NCBI GenBank assembly: GCA_902384455.1
Contig: CABMCB010000059.1
Coordinates: forward strand, 35,938-99,937
Source of the DNA: an uncultured archaeon
Lineage (GTDB): Archaea > Altiarchaeota > Altiarchaeia > IMC4 > SCGC-AAA252-I15
DNA length: 64,000 bases
Reading direction: 5' to 3'
The position numbers and the translations under genes are program-made. Below the pieces are notes generated by a model. The model was not told the origin of the DNA and did no database searches. It saw only the letters and a program-made list of their open reading frames with translations. Positions 18,443 to 25,359 of this stretch are shown here, one piece after another; within the stretch, counting starts at the first letter, position 1; the number at the start of each line of letters is the position of its first letter.

Positions 18443-18548
18443 TGGAGGAAGTCCCTCTCACTTGGCCCATCCGGCGCAGGGCACCCCGAAGGGCTGGAGG
18501 TCCGCTTTCGACTGTGAAGAAGAAGCGTACTTACCGTTGAAGACTTCC
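18443..18548 (-). ncRNA. Unknown CCA-ended structured RNA
   Basis: Terminal helix GGAAGTCTT/GGGACTTCC then TCCA; internal hairpins CGCTT/AAGCG, CCC-TTCG-GGG, GCCC/GGGC. Confidence 0.5.
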
Positions 18549-18570
18549 TTCGCCTTGCGGCGAGTAATCA

Positions 18571-18646
18571 TGGAGCACATCGCTGGATTCGAACCAACGT
18601 GTCGAAGGTACAAGCTTCGCATACTAGACCGCTGTATGAGACGTGC
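18571..18646 (-). tRNA. tRNA-Thr(TGT)
   Basis: CGAAG-CTTGTAC-CTTCG, CCA. Confidence 0.85.
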
Positions 18647-18652
18647 TCGATA

Positions 18653-18728
18653 TGGCGTATCCCCTAGGATTTGAACCTAGGACCCTTCGGTTAACAGCCG
18701 AATGCTCTGGCCGCTGAGCTAGGGATAC
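18653..18728 (-). tRNA. tRNA-Asn(GTT)
   Basis: TTCGG-CTGTTAA-CCGAA, G1:C72, CCA. Confidence 0.9.
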
Positions 18729-18733
18729 AAAGA

Positions 18734-18821
18734 TGGCTGGAGCAGCAGGACTCGAACCTGCAATGTGCTTTCGCACTGCCTGGGTAACAGCCAGGTGCTG
18801 TACCAATTGAGCCACACTCCA
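18734..18821 (-). tRNA. tRNA-Asn(GTT) with long variable arm
   Basis: CCTGG-CTGTTAC-CCAGG, variable hairpin GTGC-GAAA-GCAC, U1:A72, G73, CCA. Confidence 0.8.
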
Positions 18822-18831
18822 GTAGAAATTT

Positions 18832-18906
18832 TGGAGCACCCACTCGGAATCGAACCGAGATAGTCAGTTTCGAAGACTGATGCCCTATCCGTTGGACGAC
18901 AGGTGC
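18832..18906 (-). tRNA. tRNA-Arg(TCG)
   Basis: TCAGT-CTTCGAA-ACTGA, CCA. Confidence 0.88.
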
Positions 18907-19223
18907 TCGTGTGTTCTGATGCGATGACAATTTGCACAAACGACATCGCATTTCGAAATTTCTTCCAGTAACTTCTCCATTGAGGAGTTGTGATAGCCGC
19001 TGGAAATGTTGAACTTCTTTACTCCGCGAACATGGTCAAAATCCATGCACACAGATGGGAACTTGTTCCCGCAATCAGCACACGCGACGTTCTTAGCTGG
19101 CTCGATTATCTCCGCGTACAGTCTTTCTTTCCGTTTCGCGGATTTGTCGATGTAATACTGCTTGTGGTTTTTGTAATGCCTTCGGCCACAAGCTTTAGCC
19201 AGTTCTGAATTAGCGTACGCCAT
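18885..19223 (-). CDS. HNH endonuclease
   Basis: CADCG...CMDFDHVRG...EISKCDVVCANCHRIRT. Confidence 0.85.
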   Translation of the reverse strand: MAYANSELAKACGRRHYKNHKQYYIDKSAKRKERLYAEIIEPAKNVACADCGNKFPSVCMDFDHVRGVKKFNISSGYHNSSMEKLLEEISKCDVVCANCHRIRTHEHLSSNG

Positions 19224-19227
19224 AAAT

Positions 19228-19304
19228 TGGTAGACCGTGGTGGATTTGAACCAACCATTATAGCCTTCGCAGGGCTATGTCCTATCCAGTTGAACGAACA
19301 GTCC
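19228..19304 (-). tRNA. tRNA-Arg(GCG)
   Basis: TAGCC-CTGCGAA-GGCTA, CCA. Confidence 0.82.
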
Positions 19305-19342
19305 ACATTAAATCGTACTTTCGAAAATTTGTCAAGAACTAT

Positions 19343-20017
19343 TTAGTTCAGTACTTCAACAACTGCGGTTCTCATCTGGATAGATGAAAGCGCTGAGCCG
19401 GTCACAGCCTGCAACAGCAGGTTGTTCGTGCTCGCTGCGGTCAAGTTAACCGCTATGCCAGCCGCTACGTTGGTGTCCTGATACTCTGACATCGGAGCGG
19501 TTGCTGAAGCACCAATCAAGATTGCCAAAGCGCCGTGTCCTTCAAGCGTACCGGATGCACCGGTTGAAACTGTGTAAATGTGGCCTTCGAAGTTCCATGG
19601 GAAGTTCGTTTGTGAGGCCGTTGTCGCTTGGCTCGTCGCGGTCAAAACCGTCTGAGTGAAAGCGCCAGAGAAACCTAGCTGAATACCAATCGTCGGCGTC
19701 TGTGCGCCAGCCGTGGTGTAAATGCCCCACATGCGTACGCGAAGAACCTTTCCGGCGACGTTCATGAACGCGGTCGGTAGCGCCAATGTGGCGAACGTTC
19801 CCGTGCCGTTCAATGCCGTCAGTGCAGCCGGAGCCGCGTTGTAAACAATCGCTGCGCCGCCTAGAGCGTAGTTCAAACCGTTCCAGAAGTACTTGCCCGA
19901 CTTCTGCGTCGTATCGTACCAGTAATCTCCGTCAATCGGAGAAGCCGGTGCAACACCGGACGGAATGTTCAAGGGCGCTGCTGCCGCTGTTGAGTTCGGC
20001 AATGTGAGAAATGACAT
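19343..20017 (-). CDS. Putative virion structural protein
   Basis: 224 aa, PSGVAPASPIDGDYWYD fibre-like motif, Ala/Thr/Gly-rich; GAGGAG RBS. Confidence 0.55.
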   Translation of the reverse strand: MSFLTLPNSTAAAAPLNIPSGVAPASPIDGDYWYDTTQKSGKYFWNGLNYALGGAAIVYNAAPAALTALNGTGTFATLALPTAFMNVAGKVLRVRMWGIYTTAGAQTPTIGIQLGFSGAFTQTVLTATSQATTASQTNFPWNFEGHIYTVSTGASGTLEGHGALAILIGASATAPMSEYQDTNVAAGIAVNLTAASTNNLLLQAVTGSALSSIQMRTAVVEVLN

Positions 20018-20100
20018 TTCTCCTCTCTTCGGCTACGCGCCGATATCACTGATGATGCAACTTGTACAAGATGAAAAGACTGATTGCTACACCAAGGACG

Positions 20101-20346
20101 TTACACACTGTTCGGGTCACTGCCAGCGCTAGGTCCAGTCTTTGGTGGTTCATTCTTCTCTTCTTTGCGCTTGGTCCGTTGCTCGTACCATTTGCGCCGT
20201 AAATCCAGATATTCCTTCTGCGCCGCGAGACTTTCCTGACTAACTTTCAGGCTCTCTTCAGCCATGCGCTTCATTGCGTGGTCGTCGATGTAGATTGCGA
20301 CCAGGATGAATATTTCTAAGACAAGAAGTGCATCCTGCCAAGTCAT
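20101..20346 (-). CDS. Single-TM hypothetical protein
   Basis: MTWQDALLVLEIFILVAIYI followed by coiled coil. Confidence 0.55.
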   Translation of the reverse strand: MTWQDALLVLEIFILVAIYIDDHAMKRMAEESLKVSQESLAAQKEYLDLRRKWYEQRTKRKEEKNEPPKTGPSAGSDPNSV

Positions 20347-20361
20347 AGTCACCTTCAAAAT

Positions 20362-20437
20362 TGGTACCCAGTGAGTGAATCGAACACTCCCCACCTCTTT
20401 GTAGGAGAGGCGCATACGACCAGTTTGCTAACCGGGT
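20362..20437 (-). tRNA. tRNA-Val(TAC), C33 variant
   Basis: CCTCT-CCTACAA-AGAGG, A73, CCA. Confidence 0.8.
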
Positions 20438-20745
20438 AATGCCTTAGCGATTTGTTGTTTCTTGATTCTCGCGTAAGGACGAATCTTTTTCAAAAACTCT
20501 CTTGCATTTCTGTTTGACACTATCCATCGCCAAACCTTTTTGTTGGTTCGTTTATCAGATGTGTGAATAGTGCCGAACTTAAAAAGGCGTTGAACGAACT
20601 TCAAAACTTTCACGTCTGTGTTCGTTATCGTTGCAATCGTTCGAAAATAATACTTGCCGTTCTTCGTTGCCTGATATTTCGCGAAACGGCAATGGCCTTC
20701 ACCATCGAACAACCCACTCACATAAGCTAAGTCGATTTTTCTCAC
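20428..20745 (-). CDS. LAGLIDADG homing endonuclease
   Basis: LAYVSGLFDGEG; FLKKIRPY..IKKQQ. Confidence 0.85.
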   Translation of the reverse strand: MRKIDLAYVSGLFDGEGHCRFAKYQATKNGKYYFRTIATITNTDVKVLKFVQRLFKFGTIHTSDKRTNKKVWRWIVSNRNAREFLKKIRPYARIKKQQIAKALPG

Positions 20746-20764
20746 TTAGTGCCTTTCGTAAACT

Positions 20765-20838
20765 TGGTGGACCGCCGGAGAGTCGAACTCCGTCTTGATG
20801 CGTGCAAGGCAACCGTATTCCCGTCCTACTCGCAGCCC
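20765..20838 (-). tRNA. tRNA-Ala(TGC)
   Basis: G3:U70, loop CTTGCAC, A73, CCA. Confidence 0.82.
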
Positions 20839-20846
20839 ACATAAAT

Positions 20847-20920
20847 TGGTTGCGGATGTCGGAGTCGAGCCGACCAGCAGTGCTTATGAGACACCGTACC
20901 TCACCCGAGGTGTACCCGCA
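20847..20920 (-). tRNA. tRNA-Met(CAT), divergent
   Basis: GGTGT-CTCATAA-GCACT; T loop CTCGACT; atypical D arm; CCA. Confidence 0.75.
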
Positions 20921-20929
20921 AAAGAAAAT

Positions 20930-21005
20930 TGGTAGCGTCGGCGGGATTCGAACCCGCGTGAGGACCTTGAAAGGGTCCCATCCTAGGCCACTAGATGACA
21001 TCGCC
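20930..21005 (-). tRNA. tRNA-Glu(TTC)
   Basis: GGACC-CTTTCAA-GGTCC, CCA. Confidence 0.9.
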
Positions 21006-21118
21006 ACAAAAGAAGCTAGAGCATGGCTTCTTTACAACTTCAGCTTACGCAAGGCTCCCGGCTGAAGCGCCCATACAGCGGGTGTTTACCGAGTAAACAA
21101 CCCACATATGGGTTAAAT

Positions 21119-21203
21119 TGGTACCCCGTGAGAGATTTGAACTCCCATGGCTGTTAACCGACGCGTTCTAAGCGCGTTGTGTCTGCCGTTCCACCAACAG
21201 GGC
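21119..21203 (-). tRNA. tRNA-Leu(TAG)
   Basis: ACGCG-CTTAGAA-CGCGT, long variable arm, CCA. Confidence 0.88.
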
Positions 21204-21214
21204 ACTGAAACTTA

Positions 21215-21274
21215 TGGAGCGGTCACTACCTGTGTGACAGGCACCTCCCCGGGCACTGCCCGGGAGCACCGCTC
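21215..21274 (-). ncRNA. Unknown CCA-ended two-hairpin RNA
   Basis: GAGCGGT/ACCGCTC closing TCCCGGG/CCCGGGG and TGCCTGT/ACAGGTA; ends TCCA. Confidence 0.45.
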
Positions 21275-21276
21275 GC

Positions 21277-21459
21277 TTACTTACGCATGTCTCGCACATG
21301 CTGGTAATATGAAAGCTGGTCCACCGGACGGTCGTGGTCATGACGACGGTCTTCGATGTCCGCGCTCATCGGATAATCTTTCGGGACTTGAAATCCCTTT
21401 GACGTATCCTTCGCGTCTCCGACAACTTTCATGCCTAGCTTCGGCTTATCGTCGGGCAT
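21277..21459 (-). CDS. Small hypothetical protein
   Basis: 60 aa, GAGGT RBS. Confidence 0.55.
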   Translation of the reverse strand: MPDDKPKLGMKVVGDAKDTSKGFQVPKDYPMSADIEDRRHDHDRPVDQLSYYQHVRDMRK

Positions 21460-21471
21460 ATTACCTCAAAC

Positions 21472-21546
21472 TGGTAGTCTCTCTGTGACTCGAACACAGG
21501 TCTCTCGCTAATCAGGCAAGCATCCTAGCCGCTGGACGAAAAGACT
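21472..21546 (-). tRNA. tRNA-Ile(GAT), U37 variant
   Basis: CTTGC-CTGATTA-GCGAG, CCA. Confidence 0.82.
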
Positions 21547-21554
21547 ACTGAAAT

Positions 21555-21645
21555 TGGTGGATGCGGAATGATTCGAACATTCTATGTGCCACAAGGACAT
21601 CCTGTTTTACAGACAGGTACGACCCGCCGTCTTCGCCGCACATCC
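21555..21645 (-). tRNA. tRNA-Tyr(GTA)
   Basis: CCTGT-CTGTAAA-ACAGG, long variable arm, A73, CCA. Confidence 0.85.
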
Positions 21646-21656
21646 ACTGAAACTAA

Positions 21657-21743
21657 GGGAACCCACGGGTCACTCACCCGCGCCAATCACGGGTCCGGTA
21701 CCGGATATCCGTAATCGTTCAATCTACCTCGAACTGCGTTCCC
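21657..21743 (-). ncRNA. Unknown four-way-junction RNA
   Basis: GGGAAC/GTTCCC closing GTTCGA/TTGAAC, GATTACGG/CCGTGATT and CGCGGGT/ACCCGTG. Confidence 0.45.
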
Positions 21744-21751
21744 ACGAAACT

Positions 21752-21827
21752 TGGTGGGTCGCCAGCGACTTGAACGCTGAACTTGCTCCTTAAAAGGGAG
21801 AAATGTTGCCGCTAACACCTGCAACCC
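21752..21827 (-). tRNA. tRNA-Lys(TTT)
   Basis: CTCC-CTTTTAA-GGAG, CCA. Confidence 0.85.
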
Positions 21828-21860
21828 ACGATAATCGGTAACGTTCTACCGATTGAAACT

Positions 21861-21935
21861 TGGTGGACTACCAGGGATTCGAACCCTGACCAAACTCGTT
21901 AAGAGCGAGCTATGCAACCGTAACACCTGTGGTCC
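21861..21935 (-). tRNA. tRNA-Lys(CTT)
   Basis: GCTCG-CTCTTAA-CGAGT, CCA. Confidence 0.88.
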
Positions 21936-22083
21936 ACTGAAAAATCTGACAGCTTGTTGTCATGGAACGGACTTTAATCGGAGTTCTACCGATGCTGTCT
22001 ACGCCGTCTCACGTTGTATCCCCGCGTGAAGACTGTGTTCACGCCTCATGTTAAGCGACGACACTGTCTCGTCGCGGGAAGAT

Positions 22084-22172
22084 TGGTACTCGATGAAGGA
22101 ATCGGACCTTCGTGCAAGCGTAATCTACGCCGACTCGTTATAAGCGAGTGCCGCAAACCATCGCAATCGAGT
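22084..22172 (-). tRNA. Atypical tRNA with TAT anticodon and long variable arm
   Basis: Acceptor ACTCGAT/ATCGAGT, D arm GCGA-TGGT-TTGC, ACTCG-CTTATAA-CGAGT, variable hairpin GCGTA/TACGC, T loop TCCGATT, ACCA. Confidence 0.75.
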
Positions 22173-22178
22173 AAAAAG

Positions 22179-22287
22179 TTGTCCGGAGCGTACGCTTTCG
22201 GCGTCTCACCCGCCATCACGAATGCCGCGTCAACGGCACTGACTTCCCCTCGTTAGACTCGGTTGACGCCGGTCGCGAGTCGGACAA
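22179..22287 (-). ncRNA. Unknown structured RNA
   Basis: TTGTCCG/CGGACAA terminal helix, inner GCGTCAAC/GTTGACGC. Confidence 0.4.
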
Positions 22288-22289
22288 AT

Positions 22290-22368
22290 TGGTGCGCCGC
22301 GTGAGATTCGAACTCACATGTGGTCACGTTTTAAGTGTGCCGCGTATGCCGCATTCCGCCAGCAGCGC
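22290..22368 (-). tRNA. tRNA-Leu(TAA) lacking long variable arm
   Basis: Leu-type D arm GGCGGAATGCGGCATACGC, loop CTTAAAA, ~6-nt variable region, A73, CCA. Confidence 0.75.
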
Positions 22369-22595
22369 TAAACTCTTGTGCTCGTCGCGGAAGCTAGCGT
22401 ATCGCTGGTTCCGGGCTGATACGCAACCGTACCTGAAGCACAAACATCGCTAGGGTCAACAACCCATTGCTTCCATGCCAGCCGGGTTGCAACCCGTAGG
22501 CACTTCAGATGTGGACTTCTACCACGCGAAAACTTATGAGACAGCCCTGGCCGAAGCCACTCCGGGTAATACCTTAGTCTTACGTCTCAAACTTT

Positions 22596-22656
22596 TTCGG
22601 TGTGCCCACTACACTACTTCTGGCTAGGCCAGCACGGAGTCGAACCGTCTACCGAA
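22596..22656 (-). ncRNA. Circularly permuted tRNA mimic C
   Basis: TTCGGT - ACGG-TTCGACT-CCGT - CTGGC-CTA-GCCAG - TA-GTGT-AGTGG-GCAC - ACCGAA. Confidence 0.7.
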
Positions 22657-22659
22657 TCT

Positions 22660-22746
22660 TGGTCGCCCACACAGGACTCGAACCTGTACGCTTTTCACGG
22701 CACCGGGTTTTGAATCCGGCATGTCTGCCAGTTCCATCAGCAGGCG
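22660..22746 (-). tRNA. tRNA-Leu(CAA)
   Basis: Loop TTCAAAA, long variable arm, CCA. Confidence 0.88.
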
Positions 22747-22805
22747 AAATTCTCCCGGCAAAGGCCGGGAAGGGGTGGTTACCTCAGCGCTAAGCGCTCC
22801 TAAAT

Positions 22806-22879
22806 TGGTCCCTGCTGTTTGAATCGAACAAACACGACCGGCTTTTCAGACCGGGATGCGACCACTACATCAAACAGGG
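22806..22879 (-). tRNA. tRNA-Phe(GAA)
   Basis: CCGGT-CTGAAAA-GCCGG, CCA. Confidence 0.88.
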
Positions 22880-22880
22880 T

Positions 22881-22955
22881 TGGGGCGAACGTCGGGATTC
22901 GAACCCGAACCGGCGGATTCACAGTCCACCGTGCTGCCGTTACACTACACACGCC
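22881..22955 (-). tRNA. tRNA-His(GTG)
   Basis: GTGGA-CTGTGAA-TCCGC, G-1:C73, CCA. Confidence 0.9.
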
Positions 22956-23041
22956 ACATAAACTTTGGGGCCAGCACACGATTGTCTACGTGCCGCCGTC
23001 TTTACGCTCTTTCGAACGCCCCTCCGAAACTCGACTTGGTG

Positions 23042-23070
23042 ATTCTCTCACAACTTCGAAATCTTGTCAA
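23042..23070 (-). promoter_or_regulatory. Sigma70-type promoter for RNA island
   Basis: TTGACA-N17-GAGAAT upstream of first tRNA. Confidence 0.6.
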
Positions 23071-23077
23071 GCCTTTT

Positions 23078-23212
23078 TTACAGCTTGCTCTCGATTTTCT
23101 TTGCGATGGCCGAACCCTCTGCCACCTTGGCTTCCTTCACGAACAAAGCCTTAATCTTGCGACCGACCGCCGGGGTGAATGCTCCCAGGACATAGCCGAC
23201 TGCCATCAACAT
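23078..23212 (-). CDS. Small hydrophobic protein (possibly leaderless)
   Basis: MLMAVGYVLGAFTPAVGRKIKALF...; TTGACA-N17-TACACT ends 5 nt before ATG. Confidence 0.45.
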   Translation of the reverse strand: MLMAVGYVLGAFTPAVGRKIKALFVKEAKVAEGSAIAKKIESKL

Positions 23213-23253
23213 CAAAGAGTGTAGCATTTTCTGTTTTTCCTGTCAAGGGTTTT

Positions 23254-23568
23254 TTACCAGAGACCCTTGAACGCTCTCATTTTCGCTAGGCGGAGCATTC
23301 CTTTCTCGAACCGTGGACCGTGGTCAACCTTGTACGGCAGGCTGACGTGGACCATCTCGTGCAACAGCGTCATGCGAAATCCGCCGCGCCATGTGCGCAA
23401 CGTGTTTTCAATCAAAATCCGCTTCGGCACCTTGCCTTCGTACTGCGTAATGCCTATAGCGTTGTATTTCTCGACCAATCCCTTTCTGAACAGCACGGGG
23501 ATATTCGGAAGCTTGCCTCGGAAGTACAGCCGGTTATACCTTCGGTACAAGCGCTGCTGCCGGGTCAT
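23254..23568 (-). CDS. SprT-like zinc metalloprotease
   Basis: YNRLYFRGKLP, TLLHEMVH, DHGPRF. Confidence 0.8.
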   Translation of the reverse strand: MTRQQRLYRRYNRLYFRGKLPNIPVLFRKGLVEKYNAIGITQYEGKVPKRILIENTLRTWRGGFRMTLLHEMVHVSLPYKVDHGPRFEKGMLRLAKMRAFKGLW

Positions 23569-23765
23569 TAGACCATCTTTGCTGCTTCGTTCTTCGCTTC
23601 GGAGTCAGTCGGATAACGCTTCGGGTGCTGAACCGGGTCGGTCAACAGCGGCATGCCGTTGCGACCGCACTGAATCTTCACGCACTCGTAAGCCGCCTTC
23701 GCTCGAACCTTGGCTTCACCCTGCTTCGACTTCGGGACTGCTGTACGCTGCGGATATCCTTCCAT
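23568..23765 (-). CDS. Hypothetical protein
   Basis: 65 aa, GGAG RBS. Confidence 0.5.
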   Translation of the reverse strand: MEGYPQRTAVPKSKQGEAKVRAKAAYECVKIQCGRNGMPLLTDPVQHPKRYPTDSEAKNEAAKMV

Positions 23766-23784
23766 GTCAAACTCCGTTACTCGG

Positions 23785-23997
23785 CTATACGCCGTTGTTC
23801 AACTCAATCGCTTCGAACCGGTCGTCGTCCAAAACCATCGACTCACCCGGCTCCAAATAGTGCTGCTTGTCCTCTCGGTCGTAGACCACGACCAGTTTCT
23901 TGCCGACGTTCGCAATCCGGTACCCGTAAGACATCGGGTCCATGTAGACCGTGATTGAGCCGTTGGCCGGGGTGATGTACCTCTGACCCATTGCCAT
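23785..23997 (-). CDS. Hypothetical protein
   Basis: 70 aa in operon. Confidence 0.5.
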   Translation of the reverse strand: MAMGQRYITPANGSITVYMDPMSYGYRIANVGKKLVVVYDREDKQHYLEPGESMVLDDDRFEAIELNNGV

Positions 23998-24497
23998 TAT
24001 GAACCAAAGTGCTTTCGGGTGTCAAGACCCAAATGCTTGAACGCGGCGACGACTTTTTCGCGGAACTCGTCAAACTCTTCCCGGCGGATGCGCGGGTTGC
24101 TGATGTCGAGCGCGGCCAGGAATCCTAGTTCGCTCGCGGCCTGCTCGACCAGGGTGTCGAGAACCTTCTGGCCCTCGGGAGTGTCAAAAATTGTCACATC
24201 GCCGGTTTGCGCTGCGCGGGATGCGCTCGCGGTCGCCGGAGTGAGAAATGGGTTGGGATTGCCCATCGTGTCGGTCTCGGACTTCATGTCGAAGCCTTCG
24301 TGCTTCTGCAGAATGGAGAGGATGGCCTCGGCGTCGGGCTTGGCCGGACTGTATCCGGGGCCTTTATCGAAATCGGTCTGAGATTCGGTCTCAGCGGCCT
24401 TAACTTCTGCGGCTTCAAGTTTTTGGCGCTCGAATGCCTGTCCCGCCGTCTCAGGGACGCGGTTGACTATCGTTTCGGTGCTCATTGTGTCCTTCAC
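23997..24497 (-). CDS. Hypothetical protein
   Basis: 166 aa; probable start MSTETIV with AAGGA RBS. Confidence 0.55.
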   Translation of the reverse strand: MKDTMSTETIVNRVPETAGQAFERQKLEAAEVKAAETESQTDFDKGPGYSPAKPDAEAILSILQKHEGFDMKSETDTMGNPNPFLTPATASASRAAQTGDVTIFDTPEGQKVLDTLVEQAASELGFLAALDISNPRIRREEFDEFREKVVAAFKHLGLDTRKHFGS

Positions 24498-25134
24498 GCT
24501 TCAGCCGAATCAATTCCAAGGCCGGAGCGATTGTGTTCATTTCTTCAAACGTAAATTCTAGCCTACCGCGTAACTCCATGCACCGGATACAAGCCGGAAC
24601 TGAGTTGTATGCTGTAACTACCATCCCTTCGATAAAATCCAGGGATGTTCCTTTCTTGTCCAGGACGGAGCCGCAATAATGGCACTCGTCTTCAGATAGC
24701 AATCCTTCGTAAAAATTGATACTCCATAGGGGGTCAGTCTCCGGCACCCTATGATTTCTCATAACGTCCCTTAGGACGGCATGCTTTGCTCCGAGGCTCC
24801 CGGTTTTCGTTCCGGATAGCTTTTCCCGGGTTCTGATTCTTTTAGCTTTGTCCCGCTCAACCTGTATCGCTTCGTTTCGACGAGTAAGGCGCTCGATGCG
24901 CTCCTCGCGCTGTCGGTCGTTGTTCTCCCTTTGAAGACACCCGCAGCTTTTCTTCCGGCCTAGGAGTAGCTTATCCTCCCGAGCCTCTGTCTCATTCCCG
25001 CAGTCACAAGATGCGACCCAGACTCTTCTTCCCTTCTCAGAATGAGAAAAGTTCTCAATAGTGAGACGTGAGAATTTCATACCCGGCTCTATGGTGAGAC
25101 GGGGGGTCTGATTTGATACCCGGTTAGGTGTCAC
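24451..25134 (-). CDS. HNH-type homing endonuclease-like protein
   Basis: FSRLTI...CDCGN...KSCGC N-terminal module plus CHYCG...SLD...NSVPACIRC. Confidence 0.7.
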   Translation of the reverse strand: MTPNRVSNQTPRLTIEPGMKFSRLTIENFSHSEKGRRVWVASCDCGNETEAREDKLLLGRKKSCGCLQRENNDRQREERIERLTRRNEAIQVERDKAKRIRTREKLSGTKTGSLGAKHAVLRDVMRNHRVPETDPLWSINFYEGLLSEDECHYCGSVLDKKGTSLDFIEGMVVTAYNSVPACIRCMELRGRLEFTFEEMNTIAPALELIRLKREGHNEHRNDSQPRP

Positions 25135-25359
25135 TCCGCCCTAGCCCCTTTCTTTTCTGTAAGATAGAAACGAACGTCCACGTTGGCGGTCACGGCGACC
25201 GGCCTGGGGGCGTCCGCACTCGGCAGGCCCCGCCACCCTCCTGATTCTAAAGGAGATAGCGGAACGGGTCCCATCTCATTCAATCTGAACGAGATAGATA
25301 AGTCCAATCAACTCAACGACATCGAGAACGCCTTGCATGTCGAGGTCCAACCAAATTTG

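Noticed and set aside
19305-19336. TTGACA-N17-TTTAAT internal promoter on the minus strand
   Set aside because: The -10 box ends only 2 nt before the tRNA-Arg(GCG) 5' end, too close for a normal start site; uncertain.
20045-20085. CTGATGA...GAAA on the plus strand resembling a hammerhead ribozyme core
   Set aside because: Stem II does not abut GAAA, no convincing stems I/III, and it is antisense to the local transcription direction.
22447-22529. CTGAAG...GAAG junction as a hammerhead variant
   Set aside because: Core deviates from CUGANGA/GAAA; kept only as an unknown structured element.
13373-22955. Suppressor tRNAs or stop-codon reassignment
   Set aside because: No CTA/TTA/TCA anticodon found; long genes are intact in the standard code and use all three stops.
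13245-23070. tmRNA or SRP RNA within the island
   Set aside because: No tag reading frame with tRNA-Ala-like ends and no SRP domain IV motif recognised by eye.
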